Below, piece by piece: positions 59,117-64,000 of a DNA stretch of 64,000 nt. A model generated the notes under the pieces. It ran no database searches, was not told the origin of the DNA, and saw only the letters and a program-made list of their open reading frames with translations. Numbering within the stretch: position 1 is the stretch's first letter; each line of letters starts with the position of its first letter. The DNA is from an uncultured Dehalococcoidia bacterium (GTDB taxonomy: Bacteria > Chloroflexota > Dehalococcoidia > DSTF01 > WHTK01). The DNA is taken from positions 10,501-74,500 of the forward strand of contig CAYRCD010000001.1 in assembly GCA_964422735.1 (NCBI GenBank), read 5' to 3'. Made by a program: the position numbers and the translations under genes.

Positions 59117-60412
59117 CTAATCCAGCGGGTACAGCACCACGCCCGTCGCGAGCTTCGGATAGAAGTAAGTCGACTTGCGCGGCATGCGCTCGCCCGCGTC
59201 CGAGCAGTCGACGACCTGGCTCACCGGTGTGGCATTGAGGATAAACGCCAGCGTCCGCTCGCCGGACACCACGGCCCTCATGGCCTCCGCCGCATCTTCG
59301 CTAAACGAGACCGTGTCGGCGCCGGGCGTAAAACCAATGTCGCGGTACGCGACCTGCTCGAGGACGTTCACGTCCAGACGCCGCCACGCCGGGGCGTGTT
59401 CCTGGGGAAGGAGCGCGTCGATCGCCGCGGGGTCTCTGGCCCTGAGGAGATGGAGGCGTCCCGGGTCCAGACCGATGGCGCCGAAGGCTGTCCCTGATTC
59501 GCCGGCCACGGCCAGCGCCGGCTCCAGACGGCCGAGCGCGGTGCGGTCGCCGGCGTCGCCAAAGTCCTCGACCTCGAAGTGCGCCTGGAGCCGGCCTGTG
59601 AGGTCCCCCGCACGCTCTGCGCTGATCAGGCGGTGAGTCGGCAGGACGACCAGGTTCGGGTCCCCGATGCCGATGAGGGCGGCGAGCAAGAAGTTCTCCG
59701 GCTCATCCCCGCGCCAGTGCGGGGCAGGCTCGCGGATTTCGTTCCGGTAGCTCAGAGCGGTCTCGTAGCGATGGTGGCCGTCGGCGATGTAGAGGCGCCT
59801 GGCCGCGAGGAACGAGGTCACGCGCGCCGCGGCGGCGCCGGAAAGCGGCCGCAGCCTGTGGCGCTCGCCTTCGAGCACGGCATCGAGAACGGTCTCGCCG
59901 AGGTCGCTGCCGCTGAGCATCGGCCTTGCGCCGGCGCCGGTCCCGGGGTACAGCGCCATGATTGGGCTCAGGTGGACGCGGGTCGCGCGCAAGAGGTTGA
60001 GACGGTCCGTCTTAGCCTCGGCTCCGGTATATTCGTGCGGCAGGACGATGCCCTTCTCCCACTCCTCGAGGCGGAGGCGACCAAAGATCGCGCGCCGCCG
60101 CCGCCGCTTGCCCTGAAGGGTGAACTCCTGGTCGTAGACGTACATCCGCGCCGTTTCGTCTTTGACCAGCGCGCCTTTGGCCCGCCAGGCGGAAATGTCA
60201 GCGCGGGCGCGGGTATAACGGTTGTCCGCGTCCGTGTCGCCCGCCCGCCTCTCCCCGAAATCGACGCGGGAGATGTTGAAGGGGCTGCGCGCGTGAAGAG
60301 TGGCCGCCTCGTCCCCCGAGACCACGTCGTAGGGCGGCGAAATGAGGCCGGCGGCCTCCCCGGCCACGGCGGGGTCGAAGCGGAGGCCGCGAAAGCCACT
60401 GAAGTCGGCCAC
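59117..60412 (-). CDS. DUF1015 family protein
   Basis: FRGLRFD...ISPPYDVVS at the N-terminus and YIADGHHRYETA. Confidence 0.8.
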   Translation of the reverse strand: MADFSGFRGLRFDPAVAGEAAGLISPPYDVVSGDEAATLHARSPFNISRVDFGERRAGDTDADNRYTRARADISAWRAKGALVKDETARMYVYDQEFTLQGKRRRRRAIFGRLRLEEWEKGIVLPHEYTGAEAKTDRLNLLRATRVHLSPIMALYPGTGAGARPMLSGSDLGETVLDAVLEGERHRLRPLSGAAAARVTSFLAARRLYIADGHHRYETALSYRNEIREPAPHWRGDEPENFLLAALIGIGDPNLVVLPTHRLISAERAGDLTGRLQAHFEVEDFGDAGDRTALGRLEPALAVAGESGTAFGAIGLDPGRLHLLRARDPAAIDALLPQEHAPAWRRLDVNVLEQVAYRDIGFTPGADTVSFSEDAAEAMRAVVSGERTLAFILNATPVSQVVDCSDAGERMPRKSTYFYPKLATGVVLYPLD

Positions 60413-60471
60413 AGGCCATTATCGTGGTGCTTCCGGGGTGGCGGAAGGGTAGACCATTGGCCTCCCGCGCG

Positions 60472-60500
60472 CCGCCGAGACTGGAAGTCTCGGCTACGTG
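60472..60500 (-). repeat. CGTAGCC-hairpin repeat, reverse orientation
   Basis: ccGCCGAGACTggaaGTCTCGGCtacgtg is the reverse complement of the 16235..16264 unit with one loop base fewer. Confidence 0.8.
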
Positions 60501-60570
60501 CGAACAGTGGCTTCCCTTCTCTCGCCTCTGAGGTTCCTTGTTCCTTGTACCTTCGCTACGATGAGGCGAT

Positions 60571-60897
60571 TTGATGAACCGCTTCTGCATCTTCTGTGAG
60601 ATTATCGCCGGCCGCGAGGCGGCGGACGTCCTCTACCGCGACGAAGAAGTGATCGTCTTTCGCAACCGCCTGCGCTGGGTGCCGGTGATGCTGCTCTCGG
60701 CGCCGGTCAAGCATCTGACTCAAGCGGAGCTCTGGTCGGACCTCGGCCGCGTCGGCCGGAAGGCGGTGGAGATGGGCCAGAAGCACTGTCCCGGCGGCTT
60801 CCGTCTGGTCTCAAACTTCGGCCAGGATGCCATGCAAAGCCAGGACCACGCCCACGTGCACGTAATTGGCGGCACGTTCCTGGGTGAGTACGCGTGA
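60571..60897 (+). CDS. HIT family (histidine triad) nucleotide hydrolase/transferase
   Basis: CIFCEI at the N-terminus and the HAHVHVIGG triad. Confidence 0.88.
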   Translation: MMNRFCIFCEIIAGREAADVLYRDEEVIVFRNRLRWVPVMLLSAPVKHLTQAELWSDLGRVGRKAVEMGQKHCPGGFRLVSNFGQDAMQSQDHAHVHVIGGTFLGEYA

Positions 60898-60987
60898 CTA
60901 CAAACGAGAAGCAAGATACGTGAAACAAGCATGCCTTAATGCCGGGCCGGCTTCTTCTGCGCAACCAACGCAGCCCAGCCTGCGGCG

Positions 60988-61896
60988 TTAAGATTCCTTA
61001 ACCAGGGACTTTAAATCGTCGAGCGCCTCGGCCTGCCTTTGCGGGCGAAGGGCAAAGACCGACATGATGCCGGCGATCATGACGGCTCGCCAGGTCGCCA
61101 TGAACGCTTCGCTGAGCGTCTCGTTCTCGGCGTAGCCCGCGAGAACGGCCGACCTGTCCGCCGGCGTCGTCCACCGCGCCATATCGAAGGCCGGGTGGCT
61201 GATAAAGGCATCGCCGAAGTCGATGACCCCCGAGAAGCCCAGGCTATCGGGGTCGACGAAGACGTGCTCCGGGCCGGGATTGGAGTGAAGCGCGGCCAGG
61301 TCGACCTTAACCGCGACCGCATCCAGGGCTATCTTCGCCAGGCTTTCCGGCGAGACCGCCCAGCGCCAGGCATCGCGCTGGACCGTGATCGCCTCCAGGG
61401 CGCGATTGAAGTAGGCCTGCAGACGGGTGCGAACGTCGGCTGAGTCCCTGTCGGCGGGGAACAGTCCGCTGGCTTCGAATTGCGCCAACGGCAATTCGTG
61501 AAAGCCGCGCAGCGTGCGGCCCAGCTCGCGGAGGACGGCCGCCCGGGCGTCTTTGGCCAGCGTAAGGTTGCGGGCGGCGACGCCGGGAATCCTGGTCATG
61601 AAGACGTACTCGACGCTCCCCTCACGGCCGTATCCGAGCACCCTGGGCACGCTCAAATCGGGAGCTTCGCGGGCGATCAGGTTCAGGTGGAAGGTCTCTT
61701 TCTCCAGGCTGGTCCTGAGCCTGACCTTGTGCGGGCGCTGCGTCTTGAAGATGTAGACCTGGTCGATGACGTACGCCCTGGCCTCGCCGCCGGACTCGTC
61801 CACGGCCTCCACCGCCTTTGCCGAGGGCAGGTGCCGGTGCGTGAGCGAGAGTACGTACTCGAAATCGAGCACGGGATCGAGCGGATTTGTAGTCAT
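60988..61896 (-). CDS. aminoglycoside-phosphotransferase-fold (APH/choline-kinase-like) kinase
   Basis: LHSNPGPEHVFVD (Brenner-type HxDxxxxN variant) and VIDFGDA. Confidence 0.8.
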   Translation of the reverse strand: MTTNPLDPVLDFEYVLSLTHRHLPSAKAVEAVDESGGEARAYVIDQVYIFKTQRPHKVRLRTSLEKETFHLNLIAREAPDLSVPRVLGYGREGSVEYVFMTRIPGVAARNLTLAKDARAAVLRELGRTLRGFHELPLAQFEASGLFPADRDSADVRTRLQAYFNRALEAITVQRDAWRWAVSPESLAKIALDAVAVKVDLAALHSNPGPEHVFVDPDSLGFSGVIDFGDAFISHPAFDMARWTTPADRSAVLAGYAENETLSEAFMATWRAVMIAGIMSVFALRPQRQAEALDDLKSLVKES

Positions 61897-61921
61897 CTGC
61901 AGTCCTCCACTGAACTCAGCG

Positions 61922-63742
61922 TCAGGCCCCGGCCACCGGGCCCGATCGCCAGTCCCAGCCTGCCTCTTCCAGCGTCAGGAGAGCGGCGAAGCGGCCGCCG
62001 TCCTGGATCAGGCGTGCCGGCGTTCCCTCCTCGACGATCTCGCCCCTGTCGAGGAGGATGATGCGGTCGGCTTCCCGCGCCGTGGAGAGCCGATGGGCGA
62101 CGGTGAGCACGGCGCAGCCGCCGGCCAACACCGAGCGGCGCAGGGCCTCACGGAAGGCTGAGTCGCTGGCGGCGTCGACGGCCGACGTTGCCTCGTCGAG
62201 CAGGAGAACAGCGGGTTTCGAGACTAGCGCGCGAGCAAGGGCAATGAGCTGCTGCTGGCCGGCCGAGAGCTGTGCGCCGGTTCCGCCGCCGGCGCCGCTG
62301 AGAACCGTCTCATACCCTTCCGGCAGCGCGCGGATGAAAGCATCCGCCCCGGCGATCCGGGCGGCTTCAAACACGTCTTCGGCCGCGGCTCCTTCGTCGC
62401 CCAGGGTCAGGTTTTCGTAGACGCTGCCCGAGAACAGCTGCACCGCCTGGGGCACGACGCCGACCAGCTTGCGCCGTTCGTCTTCGGCAAGCGACCGCGG
62501 GTCGCGGCCGCCGGCCGCGACCGTCCCGCCCCAGGGCTCGTAGAGGCCGGCCAGCAGGTGGAGGGCGCTGGTCTTGCCGGCGCCGGTCCGGCCGACGAGC
62601 GCGACATGCTCGCCCGGCCTAACTTCGAGGGCAATCCCGTGGAGCACGGCACGGCCCTCGACGTAGCCGAAGACGAGGTCTTGCAGGACGATCCCTCGCC
62701 CATATTGCCGCCGCGGTGCGTCGCCGGACTTCCCGCCCGAGTCCGCGGGCAAGGCCAGGACCTCGAAGATGCGCTCGGCGCCGGACAGCGCACCCTGCAC
62801 CGTCTGCCATTCGTCGCCAAGGGCGGTTATCGGCTTGAAGAAGCGCTGGAGGAGCAGGGCGAATGCGGTCAGGGTGCCGAGCGAGATGCCAAGAGAGGCA
62901 AGGGCGTCGCGCGTGCCCGCCCAGAGCAGGAAGGCCGCGGCTGAAGCCGATAGCAGCGCCGTCGTCGGCGGGTAGAGGGAGGAGAAGAACGCCGAGCGGT
63001 TATAGGCCGCGACTACGCCGCGTAGCACTGTTCGGAACCTGGCCACGAAGCTAGCTTCCTGTCCGAATGCCTGTACGACCTCGATGCCCCGTAAGCTTTC
63101 CTGAAGGTGAGTGTTCATCAGACCGACAGCGATGCGATTGGCTCTTTCGGCGTCCCTGACGCGCACCTGGAAGAAGCGCGTGACGACGACCAGGGGCGGG
63201 ACGACGAGGACCGCGACCGCGGAGAGAGGGGGGCTGAGGAGGAGCATCGTCGCCGCGATGGTGACGAGCCGGAACATGTCGGCAACCAGCGTGGCCACAC
63301 CAGTGGTAAACACGGTGTCGAGCGTCTCGACGTCGGCGGTGCAGCGGCTGATCACGTCGCCGAGCGGCGTGCGGTCGAAATAGGCGGCGGGCAGTCTCTG
63401 AAAGTGGGCGAACAAGCGCACCCGCAGGGCGTTGAGTACGCGCTGGGCAACGGCCGCCGCGAGGTAGCCGTAGAGGAAGGTCAGCGCCTGCACCCCCGCC
63501 GTCGCTCCCAGGTAGAGGCCGGCAAGGGCAAGAAGCCCGCTCTTTCGCCCCAGGGTCAGGTGATCGTCGACAATCGAGCGCACGAGGACGGGCGGAACAA
63601 GCTCGAGCAGCGCCGCGCCGAGAACGAGGGCGCCAATCAGCAGCAGCCAGCGACGCCAGGGCCGGACCAGCCCGCCAATCTGCGACAGAGCGCCCGCTGA
63701 CGCTGCCCGCGGGAATGGCCTGGCCGTCGCGGCGCCGATCAT
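61922..63742 (-). CDS. ABC exporter, fused permease + ATPase
   Basis: Six-TM N-terminal half; [35 protein letters not shown]. Confidence 0.9.
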   Translation of the reverse strand: MIGAATARPFPRAASAGALSQIGGLVRPWRRWLLLIGALVLGAALLELVPPVLVRSIVDDHLTLGRKSGLLALAGLYLGATAGVQALTFLYGYLAAAVAQRVLNALRVRLFAHFQRLPAAYFDRTPLGDVISRCTADVETLDTVFTTGVATLVADMFRLVTIAATMLLLSPPLSAVAVLVVPPLVVVTRFFQVRVRDAERANRIAVGLMNTHLQESLRGIEVVQAFGQEASFVARFRTVLRGVVAAYNRSAFFSSLYPPTTALLSASAAAFLLWAGTRDALASLGISLGTLTAFALLLQRFFKPITALGDEWQTVQGALSGAERIFEVLALPADSGGKSGDAPRRQYGRGIVLQDLVFGYVEGRAVLHGIALEVRPGEHVALVGRTGAGKTSALHLLAGLYEPWGGTVAAGGRDPRSLAEDERRKLVGVVPQAVQLFSGSVYENLTLGDEGAAAEDVFEAARIAGADAFIRALPEGYETVLSGAGGGTGAQLSAGQQQLIALARALVSKPAVLLLDEATSAVDAASDSAFREALRRSVLAGGCAVLTVAHRLSTAREADRIILLDRGEIVEEGTPARLIQDGGRFAALLTLEEAGWDWRSGPVAGA

Positions 63743-64000
63743 CGCGCCTCACCGGCCGCGGCTCGCTCCGTAACTCGCTGGGCGCGGAAGATGCGGGCAT
63801 AGAGGCCGCCGGCCGCCAGAAGCTCCTCGTGAGTGCCGGCTTCCTCGATCTCGCCCTCCCGGAGGACGACAACGAGGTCGGCGCGAGGGAAGGCGGCGAG
63901 TCGATGGGAGCAGAGGACGATCGTCGTCCTCTCAGCGGGCGGCGCCTGCGGACCGAAAGCATCACGCAGGCCGGCGACGATGGCTGCCTCGGTGTCGACG
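63739..64000 (-). CDS. ABC exporter ATPase, C-terminal end of a partner subunit (5' end outside the window)
   Basis: The minus frame reads ...[11 protein letters not shown]...[47 protein letters not shown]... Its stop overlaps the next start (ATGA). Confidence 0.8.
   Translation of the reverse strand, partial: VDTEAAIVAGLRDAFGPQAPPAERTTIVLCSHRLAAFPRADLVVVLREGEIEEAGTHEELLAAGGLYARIFRAQRVTERAAAGEAR

Overview
This is a gene-dense, high-GC (by eye about 68-70%) chromosomal segment. The gene content looks Chloroflexota- or Actinomycetota-like, but I cannot assign a taxon from sequence alone. I can support about 60 protein genes and one tRNA. Most genes are housekeeping: rtcB and archease, rpoD, prs, mfd, pth, a NifS-like desulfurase, leuS, hom and thrC, rpsF-ssb-rpsR, htrA, rsmD, coaD, ccsA, corA, MFS and ABC exporters, and several hydrolases and peptidases. 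There is no CRISPR array, no rRNA, and no transposase or integrase. Many long ORFs in the supplied track are Arg/Gly/Pro-rich antisense shadows of real genes and were discarded. The observations I rate highest are as follows. (1) A DsbA/FrnE-like thiol-disulfide oxidoreductase has its redox motif interrupted by an in-frame TGA exactly at the first Cys of CPWC. It is either a candidate UxxC selenoprotein or a nonsense pseudogene. (2) Several families of short GC-rich palindromic repeats are inserted in frame inside conserved proteins. The affected genes are mfd, an amidohydrolase, and both the kinase core and the cyclase domain of a 1595-aa protein. One repeat family shows compensatory stem changes between copies. 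(3) That 1595-aa protein has an unusual Ser/Thr-kinase + STAND-type P-loop NTPase + TPR + class III nucleotide cyclase architecture. (4) The 19.6-28 kb stretch shows local gene decay: a truncated SGNH gene, a frameshifted BKACE gene and a doubly frameshifted amidohydrolase. It also contains a small low-GC islet encoding a secreted two-Cys peptide. (5) At least four genes have conserved-looking N-terminal segments encoded upstream of any ATG, GTG or TTG. (6) Terminator-type leaders precede an MFS exporter gene and the rpsF operon. (7) A coiled-coil gene is wedged between hom and thrC, and there is a GT4/LmbE/CelD-like three-gene cassette. All family calls come from motif recognition by eye. No database search was run.
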